Below are positions 1 through 9,060 of a stretch of 64,000 nt of DNA, piece after piece. Source of the DNA: Candidatus Parcubacteria bacterium (GTDB lineage Bacteria > Patescibacteriota > Minisyncoccia > Phycocordibacterales > UBA2100); NCBI GenBank assembly GCA_041168925.1, contig JBEEJY010000005.1:2957-66956 (forward strand). The letters run 5' to 3'. The notes under the pieces were generated by a model. It did no database searches, had not been told where the DNA came from, and worked only from the letters and a program-made list of their open reading frames with translations. The translations under genes and the position numbers were made by a program. Within the stretch, counting starts at the first letter, position 1, and every line of letters begins with the position of its first letter.

Positions 1-1
1 T

Positions 2-259
2 ACGACGCAAGAACTGCAAGAAGTGAGCGAGGACATCGAGGAAATGCAGGAAGACATCGGTGAGATCCAGGAAGACGTCGACGAACTGCAGGAAGATGTC
101 GAAGAGATCACCGAAGACGAAGAGGCTGAAGAGGCGCAAGAAAAGGCGCGCTCCGTGGAGCAGCGAAGGACGCTCGCCGACATCCAGGCGGATTTGCGCA
201 AACTCATGCAAGACATCGCCAGACTCCAGAAACACGAGCCGCCCGTCTCGACGCCGTAG
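2..259 (+). CDS. 3' end of a gene running in from the left edge; acidic coiled-coil tail (possibly DUF1003-type)
   Basis: Frame open from base 2 to TAG at 259; heptad acidic repeats EDIEEMQEDIGEIQEDVDELQEDVEEI. Confidence 0.6.
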   Translation, partial: TTQELQEVSEDIEEMQEDIGEIQEDVDELQEDVEEITEDEEAEEAQEKARSVEQRRTLADIQADLRKLMQDIARLQKHEPPVSTP

Positions 260-341
260 TTTCGAGCTTTCCACACGATAAGCACAGAAAGCATGTCCGT
301 GCGGCGCGCCTTCGCACCCGCCGAAATGGTAGGATATGCGC

Positions 342-1757
342 ATGGAACAAAAGAATGCGGGACTTGTGAAAAGCCCGATCGTTACGCGTATTCCTCCGCA
401 GGATATCGAGATGGAACGCGCGCTCTTGGGCGCGCTGCTTCTCAATCAAAACGCCATGTACGAAGTCGCCGATCTCGTGAGCTCCGACTCGTTTTACGCG
501 GCGAAGCACCGGACGATTTTCGACGCCATGCTCGGTCTCTACGCCAAGGGCGAGCCGATCGACGTCGTGACCGCCGCGGCAAAACTCAAAGAACGCAAAC
601 AGCTTCCGCAAATCGGCGGAGCGGCATACTTAAGCGAACTCGCGGCAAGCGCGGCCTCGCCGGGGAGCGCCCGGCACTACGCGCAGAGCGTGCAGACGAA
701 ATTCGTATTGCGCTCTCTTATAGACGCCGCCGCAAAGATCGGCGAGCTTGGATTCGAGGAACATCGCGATATCGAGCAGATCCTCGACGAGGCGCAGGCC
801 GCGGTGTTTTCCGTCGCGCAGTCTCCGATGCTTCAATCCTTTAGCGCCATCAAAGAGGAGCTCGCCGAAGCGTGGGAGCGGCTCGAGAACCTGCAAAAAC
901 ATGCGGATACGATCCGCGGCATCCCGACCGGTTTTCCGCAGCTCGATAACCTGCTCGCCGGTTTTCAGAAATCCGACCTCGTCATTCTCGCGGCCCGGCC
1001 GAGTATAGGCAAAACGGCGCTTGCGCTCGACATCGCGCGGCAAACCGCCACGAAACACGGCACGGCGGTCGGTATCTTCTCTCTGGAGATGAGTTCGCAG
1101 CAGCTCGTCGATCGCATGCTCGCCGCGCAAGCGGGAGTCAATTCGTGGCGGCTGCGCACCGGAAAGATCAGGAGCGAGGATGAATTCGAGCGCTTGCAGC
1201 AAGGCATGGGCATACTCTCCGAAGCGCCGATTTTCATCGACGACAAGGCCTCGACGACGGTACTCGCGATGAGAAGCGTCGCGCGTCGGCTCAAAATGGA
1301 AAAAGATCTCGGGCTCGTCATCGTCGATTATCTCCAGCTCATTACCCCGACCAGCTCCCGCGCGGGCGACAACCTCGTGCAGCAAATCACCGAGATCTCG
1401 CGCTCCCTCAAAGCGATGGCGCGCGAGCTCGAGGTGCCCGTGCTAGCGCTCTCGCAACTCTCGCGCGCCGTGGAACAGCGCCGCGGCCGGCCCCGGCTTT
1501 CAGACCTCCGTGATTCCGGCTCGATCGAGCAAGACGCCGATGTAGTCATGTTTATCCATCGCGATGACAAGATGAACGAGAACTCAGACCGGCCCGGCAT
1601 AGCCGAGATTTTGGTTGAAAAGCATCGCAACGGGCCGGTCGGCAAGGTCGAGTTGCGCTTCGATGAGGAAAAGACCACCTTCATCTCCATCGATAAGAGC
1701 GATTTCGGCGACTACACGCCGGAAACGAACGTGGATTCAGGCGAATCACCCTTCTGA
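342..1757 (+). CDS. dnaB: Replicative DNA helicase DnaB
   Basis: PPQDIEMERALLG N-terminus, Walker A AARPSIGKT, FSLEM, IVDYLQL, LSQLSR, LRDSGSIEQDAD, KHRNGP; ATG 342 is 6 nt after TAGGAT. Confidence 0.97.
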   Translation: MEQKNAGLVKSPIVTRIPPQDIEMERALLGALLLNQNAMYEVADLVSSDSFYAAKHRTIFDAMLGLYAKGEPIDVVTAAAKLKERKQLPQIGGAAYLSELAASAASPGSARHYAQSVQTKFVLRSLIDAAAKIGELGFEEHRDIEQILDEAQAAVFSVAQSPMLQSFSAIKEELAEAWERLENLQKHADTIRGIPTGFPQLDNLLAGFQKSDLVILAARPSIGKTALALDIARQTATKHGTAVGIFSLEMSSQQLVDRMLAAQAGVNSWRLRTGKIRSEDEFERLQQGMGILSEAPIFIDDKASTTVLAMRSVARRLKMEKDLGLVIVDYLQLITPTSSRAGDNLVQQITEISRSLKAMARELEVPVLALSQLSRAVEQRRGRPRLSDLRDSGSIEQDADVVMFIHRDDKMNENSDRPGIAEILVEKHRNGPVGKVELRFDEEKTTFISIDKSDFGDYTPETNVDSGESPF

Positions 1758-1779
1758 TCCCCCGCGGTATACTGCCGCC

Positions 1780-2379
1780 ATGGACACGATCGAGCACCTG
1801 GCGGCGCTGTTTCAAAAATTTCCCGGCATCGGCCCCAGGCAGGCGCAGCGCTTCGTACAATTCCTGCTCCGCGCTCCTTCGTCGACACGACGCGAGCTTG
1901 CAGAGTTGATTCGGGAACTCGGCGGTTCGGTCCGCCAGTGCGAACAATGCAATAGGTTCCATGTCGGCGCGAAAAAGTCTTGCTCAATCTGCCTTGATGC
2001 CTCGCGCGATCACGCAAGCCTCGCGATCGTCGCGTCCGACGCCGACCTCACGGCGCTTGAGCGCTCCGATACCTTCCGCGGGCGCTACTTCGTGCTCGGC
2101 GGCCTGATCTCGCTCGCATCGGAAAAGATGGACGGCGTGCGGCTCAAACAGCTGTTCGATTCGATTCCGAACAGGATAAAGAACGGCTTGCAAGAGGTTA
2201 TCCTCGCCTTCCCCGCCAATCCCGAAGGCGACGCCACCGCCTCGCGCGTGCACGACGATATCATCGCGAAATTCCCGGGCTTCAAAGTTACGTCGCTCGG
2301 CCGCGGGCTTTCGACCGGCTCCGAGCTCGAATACGCGGATCCGGAGACCCTCAAGAATGCGTTCGCGAGCAGGAGATAG
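1780..2379 (+). CDS. recR: Recombination mediator RecR
   Basis: FPGIGPRQAQR HhH, C4 zinc finger CEQC..CSIC, YFVLGG, NPEGDAT, GSELEYAD. Confidence 0.93.
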   Translation: MDTIEHLAALFQKFPGIGPRQAQRFVQFLLRAPSSTRRELAELIRELGGSVRQCEQCNRFHVGAKKSCSICLDASRDHASLAIVASDADLTALERSDTFRGRYFVLGGLISLASEKMDGVRLKQLFDSIPNRIKNGLQEVILAFPANPEGDATASRVHDDIIAKFPGFKVTSLGRGLSTGSELEYADPETLKNAFASRR

Positions 2380-2386
2380 ATGATCG

Positions 2387-2707
2387 CTACGGAAGCGCAA
2401 CGATGCGCACCTTGGAAAACGGCTGGCGATGACCGCGCTTTTTGAAGTAGCGGCTCTTTTGGCGATAGCGGATCACGGTGACCTTCTTTGCGCGGCCGTG
2501 TTCCACGAGCTCCGCGCTCACTTCGGCGTCTTTGATGTACGGCGTGCCCACCTCGGTCTTCGAACCATCGTCGGTGAGCAAGACTTTATCAAACGTGATT
2601 TTCGCGCCCGCCTTGCCGGCATTGGGAAGGGATTCAACATTTAATACACTGTCCTTCATGACGAGGTACTGTTTTCCGCCTGTTTCGATGATCGCGATCT
2701 TCGCCAT
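2387..2707 (-). CDS. rplU: 50S ribosomal protein L21
   Basis: AIIETGGKQY, VGTPY, KKRGHRQPFS. Confidence 0.97.
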   Translation of the reverse strand: MAKIAIIETGGKQYLVMKDSVLNVESLPNAGKAGAKITFDKVLLTDDGSKTEVGTPYIKDAEVSAELVEHGRAKKVTVIRYRQKSRYFKKRGHRQPFSKVRIVALP

Positions 2708-2734
2708 ACGTCGGCGCACTATACATGATCTTCC

Positions 2735-2767
2735 AAAAAAGTGAAGCCCTACGACGTCGTAGGGCTT
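2735..2767 (-). terminator. Perfect 24-bp palindrome followed by a U-tract on the minus strand
   Basis: AAGCCCTACGAC|GTCGTAGGGCTT at 2744-2767, then CACTTTTTT on the minus strand. Confidence 0.65.
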
Positions 2768-3171
2768 GGGCCGGCCACGCGCGGCCAGAACACCTTGAAG
2801 GTCGCACGTGCCACGACTGCTTGGGGTCTCGCGATTCGAATGCACACGAGCGAGAAATACGCGATCGTGCCGTGGATGCCGCTGCCGCGGCGTATTTTCT
2901 CCAGCGTGCATGTCGCGCGCATCGGCTCGCCGAGAGATAAGTACCGCGGGAACTTCGCTTCAATGATCTCATCGAGGAAGAATAATCCGCCCAGCTGCTC
3001 GATCACCCAATCGTGGCAAGCCTTGAGCGTCTCCATTCCGCGCACGACGTTCCCATGCGCCCGGCCCGCGTCTCCGGACGCCTGATCAAATATGAAGTCT
3101 TCGCATCTCGACTCGCCGGTCTTCCAAATCCCGTCGCGAGCCAATACGAACGCAATGACCGCATCGTTCAT
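2749..3171 (-). CDS. Hypothetical protein, possible hotdog (MaoC-like) fold
   Basis: GGAGG SD before ATG 3171; AHGNVVRGMETL helix then beta-rich IEAKFPRYLSLGEPMRATCTL. Confidence 0.5.
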   Translation of the reverse strand: MNDAVIAFVLARDGIWKTGESRCEDFIFDQASGDAGRAHGNVVRGMETLKACHDWVIEQLGGLFFLDEIIEAKFPRYLSLGEPMRATCTLEKIRRGSGIHGTIAYFSLVCIRIARPQAVVARATFKVFWPRVAGPSPTTS

Positions 3172-3312
3172 TGTATGTCCCTCCGATAAGCGCCTGGAAC
3201 TCATCCGCCGCAATAGTGCATGCTGGCGTGGAATGTGCAATAGTAAACGTAGTAAAGCGTCAGGCAAGCTTTCTTATCTGCCAGCGCCGGTTTGGCGCGA
3301 GCAGCCTATTCC

Positions 3313-4404
3313 TCAATCCTCAAGTGAAAGGGTCGGCCGCTCGACAGTCTCCAGATTCAAGCCTATCGATTCCTCCGTGATCTTCAACACGTCTTTATCG
3401 ATGCTGCGAAACGCCTTGCCGGATTTCTCGAAATGCCCGACGGCGGCGCTCAGCGATTTGCCGAGGCTATTGTGCGAGTCCTCATACGCCTTGAGGTCCT
3501 TTTTCAGATCGGCCACATTCCGGATAATGTCTTTCGCCGCTTCCTGAATCTTTGCGCGCTGATTACCGAACAACACGGTTTGCAAATACGCCAAAAAAGT
3601 GGTCGGGGACGCGATCATGACGTTCTTTTGTTGGTAGGCGTACTCGATGAGATCCCGCGAATTAACGCCGACGCCGACATCGTTGCTCAAGAGATCGTAG
3701 TATATCCCTTCGGCCGGAATGAACATGAACGCGAACGGCATCGTCCCCTCCTCGGGCCGGATATATTTCGCGGTTTGATCGATTTGTTTCTTGACGTCCG
3801 CCTTGAATTCGCGCCGATACGACTCCCTGCGCTGTTCGTCTGTCTCTTCGATGAGCCGCAGATAATTTTCCAGCGGGAATTTCGCGTCTACCGGCAAGAT
3901 GCCGTCTTTGGTCTTGACGGCGAAGTCGACTTTTTCGCCGTTCTTGAACATGTACTGCGTCTCGTACTGGCCCGGCAGCACGTTCGAGAGGATGAGATCG
4001 AGCGAAGCCTCGCCCAAATTTCCCCGTTGTTTTTGATTCTTGAGGACTTTCTCGAGATTCTGCAATTGTTCCGCGATCGTGAAGACTTGCTTGGTCGATT
4101 CTTTGGTCTCTGACACGCCGCGCACTACCTCGGTCAACTGCTGCGATACTCGATTGGTGATGGCATCGAGCTGTTGCTGGATGTTGGCGATAGTCTTCTG
4201 CGATTGATCGGATTGGAGGCGAATGCCCTCGAACATCCGGTTCGTGCCTTCGCCGAGCTTGCCTTCGAGCGAGCGGGCGAGTTCTTGCAGCTGATTTTGC
4301 AGAAGGACCATACTGTCGGTATCTTGCCTATTCCACCGGCTCCAGAGCAGGAACGCCACAAGCGCGATATTCGTGATGAGGAGAATGAGGATGAACATTT
4401 CCAT
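3313..4404 (-). CDS. rmuC: DNA recombination protein RmuC
   Basis: N-terminal TM, coiled coil, KQRGNLGE, PVDAKFPLENY, FAFMFIPAEGIY, SPTT. Confidence 0.93.
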   Translation of the reverse strand: MEMFILILLITNIALVAFLLWSRWNRQDTDSMVLLQNQLQELARSLEGKLGEGTNRMFEGIRLQSDQSQKTIANIQQQLDAITNRVSQQLTEVVRGVSETKESTKQVFTIAEQLQNLEKVLKNQKQRGNLGEASLDLILSNVLPGQYETQYMFKNGEKVDFAVKTKDGILPVDAKFPLENYLRLIEETDEQRRESYRREFKADVKKQIDQTAKYIRPEEGTMPFAFMFIPAEGIYYDLLSNDVGVGVNSRDLIEYAYQQKNVMIASPTTFLAYLQTVLFGNQRAKIQEAAKDIIRNVADLKKDLKAYEDSHNSLGKSLSAAVGHFEKSGKAFRSIDKDVLKITEESIGLNLETVERPTLSLED

Positions 4405-4471
4405 ACGACGATTTTAGCACGGGGAGATTTTTCTTACAGCGGCGTGCCTGTTTCGTGATACACTCCAGGGT

Positions 4472-4921
4472 ATGTTGGTCCAGCGAATCCGCAACGACAT
4501 GAAAGAAGCCATGAAGAGTAAGGAACAGGTGCGGCTCGATACGCTGCGCGGAGCACTGGCCGCGTTCACGAACGAGCTCGTGGCTAAGGGCAAAAAGCCG
4601 ACCGATGAAGTGGACGACACCATGGCTGTCGCGGTCCTAAAACGGCTCGCGAAGCAGCGCAAGGATTCCGCCGAGCAATTCATGAAAGGCGGCCGCGCCG
4701 AGCTTGCCGAAAAAGAGTCCGCGGAACTCAAGATCATCGAAGCCTACCTTCCCGAGGCGGCCTCGCGCGAGGAGATCGAGAAAGTCGCGCGCGCAAAGAT
4801 GGCCGAACTTGGCGTTGCCGACGCATCGGGTGCCGGCAAACTCACCGGGGTCATTATGAAAGAATTCGCCGGCCGTGCGGACGGCAGCGACGTGAAGGAG
4901 GTTGTCAAAAGCCTGTTTTGA
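4472..4921 (+). CDS. GatB/YqeY domain protein
   Basis: DMKEAMKSKE, KQRKDSAEQF..GGRAELAEKE, YLP, GRADG. Confidence 0.92.
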   Translation: MLVQRIRNDMKEAMKSKEQVRLDTLRGALAAFTNELVAKGKKPTDEVDDTMAVAVLKRLAKQRKDSAEQFMKGGRAELAEKESAELKIIEAYLPEAASREEIEKVARAKMAELGVADASGAGKLTGVIMKEFAGRADGSDVKEVVKSLF

Positions 4922-4979
4922 TTGTACAATCTTTGCAGTTGAACCGCGTTTTGGAACCACAACATCCGAAGGTGCCGCA

Positions 4980-5270
4980 ATGGACTCTCTGATCACTAGA
5001 GCGTCTCGGGCATTTGTGCGACTTCCCGCACCGCATGCTCGGCGAATACGCAGCGACTGGTTCGATATAATCGCCGCCGCTGAAAACATGCGAACGAAAG
5101 ACGGTCTCGCCGACGGGACGATACCGAGGGCGTTGCATCAGTTCCGCATCGATGAACGGCCGGGCGATGAGTATCGGGCCTATCACTACCTGCTCTTCAA
5201 TTTCTTCCTCTATGACGGCGCCTTGGTGAAGAGCGCGGCGCGGCGCGATCAGGAGGGTCGAGATGCATAA
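4980..5270 (+). CDS. Hypothetical protein (ORFan)
   Basis: Fills gap after yqeY; stop overlaps next start; no recognised motif. Confidence 0.4.
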   Translation: MDSLITRASRAFVRLPAPHARRIRSDWFDIIAAAENMRTKDGLADGTIPRALHQFRIDERPGDEYRAYHYLLFNFFLYDGALVKSAARRDQEGRDA

Positions 5271-5664
5271 GCTTACTCCTCGGGAACGGGAAGAGCTCGC
5301 CGATGCCGAGAGCGAATTTCCCGGCTTCGTGCGGTTGATCTCGGTGACCCGCTTCGGCGCGATACTTGAGGTGCGGACCGAAGAGTGGGTATTCGTCGAA
5401 GACGAGGGAGCGTTCTACTTGCGGTCAAAAATGGATCCTGAACGCGTACCCGCGGCTCTTTTTCGTCTCGCGTTTCTCCGGGCACGGGAAGCGGTGGCAG
5501 CGGTACGCGAGGGCCACGCGAGAGCGTCCGCGCGCAAACGCGCGCGGACGGGTCATGCTCATTCGAAAAAAACAGAACGAATCTTGGCGCGCGTCGGCCA
5601 GCGCACGCTTCCGTTTGAGCTTCATACTCAACTGAAGCCGCGACGCGGCCGTTCGCGCCTGTAA
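5263..5664 (+). CDS. Hypothetical protein with basic C-terminus
   Basis: GGAGG SD, overlap with upstream ORF, hairpin plus U-tract at about 5667-5712. Confidence 0.45.
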   Translation: MHKLTPREREELADAESEFPGFVRLISVTRFGAILEVRTEEWVFVEDEGAFYLRSKMDPERVPAALFRLAFLRAREAVAAVREGHARASARKRARTGHAHSKKTERILARVGQRTLPFELHTQLKPRRGRSRL

Positions 5665-5714
5665 TGAACCGCGCATGGGGAATGTTGCATTCGTACCCCA
5701 GCGCGGTTTTTCTG

Positions 5715-6914
5715 TTATGAGAACGCCGCCGCCCCCTTTTGCGCATGGAGTGATCCGGTTGCGGCAACGAGCGCGGCCGCGGCAAAAACCAGCACGAGTG
5801 CCACGGGGAACGAAAACGAGAGCGCCGCGAACGAACCGATGATCGCGACCGTGATACGCCCTATCGCGAGTCCCATTTCTTTGAGCGCCGTATACTCGTC
5901 GAGAAAGAGTCCGGCATCGGCTGCCTGCTCGAAAGTAAACGGGTCGAGCCCGTAGCGCACCGGCGAGGCGGTATAAAAATATGAATCGACAAGCACGATC
6001 CCGAGCGGTGTTGCGACCGCGACCCGCATGATCCATGGCGAAATGATGAGAAGCGCGTTGATGAGCTTGGATGTCGGCATCGCTTCGCGCACGAGCGCGC
6101 GCGCGAATATGGCGGCGAGGAATGTGATCGTGAGCACGACGCCCACGACGCCGTACGACCAATTCGTCATGGTAAAGATCGCGATCGGCCAGAAGAACAT
6201 GAGCGCGGCGCCGATCATTCCCTCCCGGATCGCGCGCGATACCACGACGTGATTTTCCCGCGCCATGAGGTGCATGAACGACTCTCGATAGCTCCAAGGA
6301 AAACGTTCGGCCGCTTCCGGAAGCGATGAGGCCGCCCTGAGAGAAAGGAGCATGAGCGCCGCACCCGCGTAGAGCACCGCGTATGCGCTTGCGGGATAGG
6401 CGGCGATAAGGAGCCCGCCCACCGCCGGCGCGCATGCGATTATGATCTCCTTGAGCGACGAGCGCTTCCGCGGCGCAAAATCATGCGCTTCTATCTCATA
6501 CGGAATCCAATAAAATGCGCGGTAGAGTCCGAGCAATATGGCAAAGAGCACTATGGCAAGCGGAATATATATGACATGCGCCACGCCCTGAAACGATACG
6601 CCGAGTAGGGCAAACCCGGAAGCCGCGAGGAATACGCCGAGCACGATGGATCGCCGCACGCCGTGCCGCAGCATTCGCGCCGCAAGGGGTGTCGCAAGCA
6701 CGAGTGTCGTATGAGATAGCGCGAAAAGGAGCGCCACGCGCGCGAGCGCGCGGGCGAGATCTCCTTCGACCAGGTAAAGGTACTGGAAGATAAATATCCA
6801 CGCAAAGACATGCGAAATGCCGAGTGCGAGTCGAAAAAGAAAACGATGTGAAAGCAAGCGAGTCCTCCCTTCCTTGCGCGAGCGAGCGAGTCTCAAGGCA
6901 TCCAGGCGGCTCAT
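5715..6914 (-). CDS. Multi-pass membrane protein, MFS-like
   Basis: About 12 hydrophobic segments, GLYRAFYWIPY; ATGA overlap with upstream gene. Confidence 0.7.
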   Translation of the reverse strand: MSRLDALRLARSRKEGRTRLLSHRFLFRLALGISHVFAWIFIFQYLYLVEGDLARALARVALLFALSHTTLVLATPLAARMLRHGVRRSIVLGVFLAASGFALLGVSFQGVAHVIYIPLAIVLFAILLGLYRAFYWIPYEIEAHDFAPRKRSSLKEIIIACAPAVGGLLIAAYPASAYAVLYAGAALMLLSLRAASSLPEAAERFPWSYRESFMHLMARENHVVVSRAIREGMIGAALMFFWPIAIFTMTNWSYGVVGVVLTITFLAAIFARALVREAMPTSKLINALLIISPWIMRVAVATPLGIVLVDSYFYTASPVRYGLDPFTFEQAADAGLFLDEYTALKEMGLAIGRITVAIIGSFAALSFSFPVALVLVFAAAALVAATGSLHAQKGAAAFS

Positions 6915-7288
6915 AGATGAGCGCGACGATGAGGAGTCTCTCGGATCGCCCGCGTCTGCGGAGAAAAGAGCGGCACAACGACGACGAGCGCGTATCCGAT
7001 CCACACATTCCAATCGGCGAAAAGTTGCCAGCCGATAAGGGGCACGTTGAGCAGAGCGTCGATCACAAACGCGACCGCTGTCCATGCGATTGAGTACGGC
7101 AAAATATCTCTCCAGGCATGCAAATGGAGCGACCGGCCGGCGATTGTCGTCGTGACGACGAGGACGACGAGTTCAAGAATGCGCGACAAAAGCGTACCGC
7201 TTATGCTGTATGTGCTCATCAAGGACCATGAGAGAGCCATGATCGCGTAAATAACCACTCCCCACCCCACGGTGGCGCCGAATCTCAT
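6911..7288 (-). CDS. Small four-TM membrane protein
   Basis: Four hydrophobic helices; CATAAT 6 nt upstream of ATG. Confidence 0.7.
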   Translation of the reverse strand: MRFGATVGWGVVIYAIMALSWSLMSTYSISGTLLSRILELVVLVVTTTIAGRSLHLHAWRDILPYSIAWTAVAFVIDALLNVPLIGWQLFADWNVWIGYALVVVVPLFSPQTRAIRETPHRRAHL

Positions 7289-7382
7289 GCCTCCATTATG
7301 AATGATGAAGCGCCAAAAGCGACGCGGCGTGTGGATAGGATCGTACCTATACGTTCATCACCTGTGTACGCTCTGAGGCGAA

Positions 7383-7422
7383 ATATCCCTATCTCCCGCC
7401 TATAGGCGCGAGATAGGGATAT
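7383..7422. repeat. 40-bp near-perfect palindrome (terminator or REP-like)
   Basis: ATATCCCTATCTC-C-CGCC-TATA-GGCG-C-GAGATAGGGATAT. Confidence 0.7.
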
Positions 7423-7465
7423 GTGAATATGTCGAGCGGGTTGCGAAGAAATGGTTATGGACCGG

Positions 7466-8476
7466 TCAGAGATCGAGTTCGATCTTCATCCTTCCTTTCT
7501 GCCGCGAATCTTCGGATCTCTCATGCGATCCGCCTGAATGATCATCGGATTGCGCTTCTTTGATCGCGGCCTCGAACACCTCGGCGGGTACGCTCACTTC
7601 TTCACTGGCCTCGGATAGTCCGGCGGCCGATCCGACATCGCTCGCCGCCGACGAAGTCGCACTCTCGACTGAAACCGCGCTCATGGCAGCAGGCGCGGCT
7701 TGGGCGGCTCGGAGCGTTGCCGTATCGGCGCCGGATTCTTGGACTTCAACACGGCTCTTCACCCTGTTCGACACCGAGACGAAGTTGCTGGCTACCGTGC
7801 GAACGCGCCCGACCTTCTGGACCCGCTCGCGCACGCGCTCGCGGATCGATTCAAGGGCGGATTTGTTCTGCGGCGCGGCGTCCGACATTTTTGAAAGCGC
7901 ATCTTCATGTTCTTTCAGAGATGCCTCAAGTCTCTCGGCTGCGGCCGCCACGACGGGCGCGCTGCCTGTTGCCGATGCGAGCGCGCGCACGTTTTCGTCG
8001 AATTCGCCGTTCGAAGTATCGAAACCGAGCTCGATGTCGGTTTTCGCTTCGCTTGTAAGAGCCCCTTGCTGCGCGAGCGCTTCAGCCTCGGCGAGGCGGC
8101 GGCTCGTGCGCTCGACATTCCAGTGCGCTTTTGCCTCGTCGGACACGGCAAGCGCGCCTTGAATCGATTCGTTGAAATGGATCTTGAGCGGATAAAGCGC
8201 ATCGCCGGGAAGTGCTCCTTCCGCCGCATAGGAAGTGCCGATACCAGCCGTGAGCACGAGTACGAGCGAAAGGGCCGCGGGATGCAAACGTATGTGCGAA
8301 AATAACCGAAAGTCGAGCGAGCGGACGCGTGAGCGGAGGCGCGCGCCAAGCGGCATCGCCGCGGGATGTTCGTGCACAAACAGCTTCAGCCTTTCGCGCA
8401 TGCTGGCGCGCTCATGCGGCGAAAGGCGCTCGCTTCTCGCCGTATCAAAAAAAGTCTCGAATTCGTCGATAACCAT
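7466..8476 (-). CDS. DUF5667-domain membrane protein, putative anti-sigma factor
   Basis: Short cytoplasmic N-terminus, one TM, AEGALPGDALYPLK and RRLAEA motifs, low-complexity tail; start could be 8500. Confidence 0.8.
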   Translation of the reverse strand: MVIDEFETFFDTARSERLSPHERASMRERLKLFVHEHPAAMPLGARLRSRVRSLDFRLFSHIRLHPAALSLVLVLTAGIGTSYAAEGALPGDALYPLKIHFNESIQGALAVSDEAKAHWNVERTSRRLAEAEALAQQGALTSEAKTDIELGFDTSNGEFDENVRALASATGSAPVVAAAAERLEASLKEHEDALSKMSDAAPQNKSALESIRERVRERVQKVGRVRTVASNFVSVSNRVKSRVEVQESGADTATLRAAQAAPAAMSAVSVESATSSAASDVGSAAGLSEASEEVSVPAEVFEAAIKEAQSDDHSGGSHERSEDSRQKGRMKIELDL

Positions 8477-8545
8477 AGCGCACGCGGAACTCTCTTGCAT
8501 GATAACCTATTACACGCAAAAAACAGCATTCCGCACATGGCTATA

Positions 8546-8570
8546 GACGCTCGTCAAGTGTCTCTATTAC
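8546..8570 (-). promoter_or_regulatory. Putative ECF-sigma promoter GTAA-N17-CGTC
   Basis: Minus strand reads GTAATAGAGACACTTGACGAGCGTCTA upstream of the DUF5667 gene. Confidence 0.5.
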
Positions 8571-8571
8571 G

Positions 8572-8600
8572 GCGGCGGGCCCCTAAAAGGGGCCCGCCGC
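8572..8600 (-). terminator. GC-rich hairpin after RRM gene
   Basis: GCGGCGGGCCC / GGGCCCGCCGC stem. Confidence 0.6.
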
Positions 8601-8620
8601 GTATTGAACCGTCGGAACGC

Positions 8621-8941
8621 TTACCAGCTTCGGCCGCCGCCATTGCCGCGTCCGTAGCCGCCGTTTCCGCCTCCGCGGAAATCGCGTCGGGGTTCCATCG
8701 GGCGCGCCTCGTTGACCGTGAGGTTGCGTCCGCCGAACTCCTTGCCGTTCCATGTGTCGATCGCCTTCTGTGCTTCCTCGTCGGAAGACATCTCGACGAA
8801 GCCGAATCCTTTCGATCGTCCGCTCATCTTGTCCATGATGACGACGGCCGACGTAACGGCTCCGCACTGCGCGAAGGCATCCTTGAGTTCCGTATCGGTG
8901 GTGCTGTAAGGCAACCCGCCGACGTAGAGCTTCTTAGCCAT
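8621..8941 (-). CDS. RNA-binding protein (RRM) with Gly/Arg-rich tail
   Basis: RNP2 LYVGGL, RNP1 KGFGFVEM, VNEARP. Confidence 0.95.
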   Translation of the reverse strand: MAKKLYVGGLPYSTTDTELKDAFAQCGAVTSAVVIMDKMSGRSKGFGFVEMSSDEEAQKAIDTWNGKEFGGRNLTVNEARPMEPRRDFRGGGNGGYGRGNGGGRSW

Positions 8942-9060
8942 GCTTTTGTGTTCTTGTTCTTGTAACCATGTAAACCAACCTTCCCTGCACTCTGTGGCTT
9001 ATGACCCCAAAAGCATGGAACCTTACATTCGCCGCCATCATGCCTCCTCGCTCATTTTTG

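Noticed and set aside
268-290. DnaA-box-like words (CTTTCCACA, ATAAGCACA) upstream of dnaB, possible origin
   Set aside because: Only two degenerate matches, no AT-rich unwinding element, no dnaA in the window
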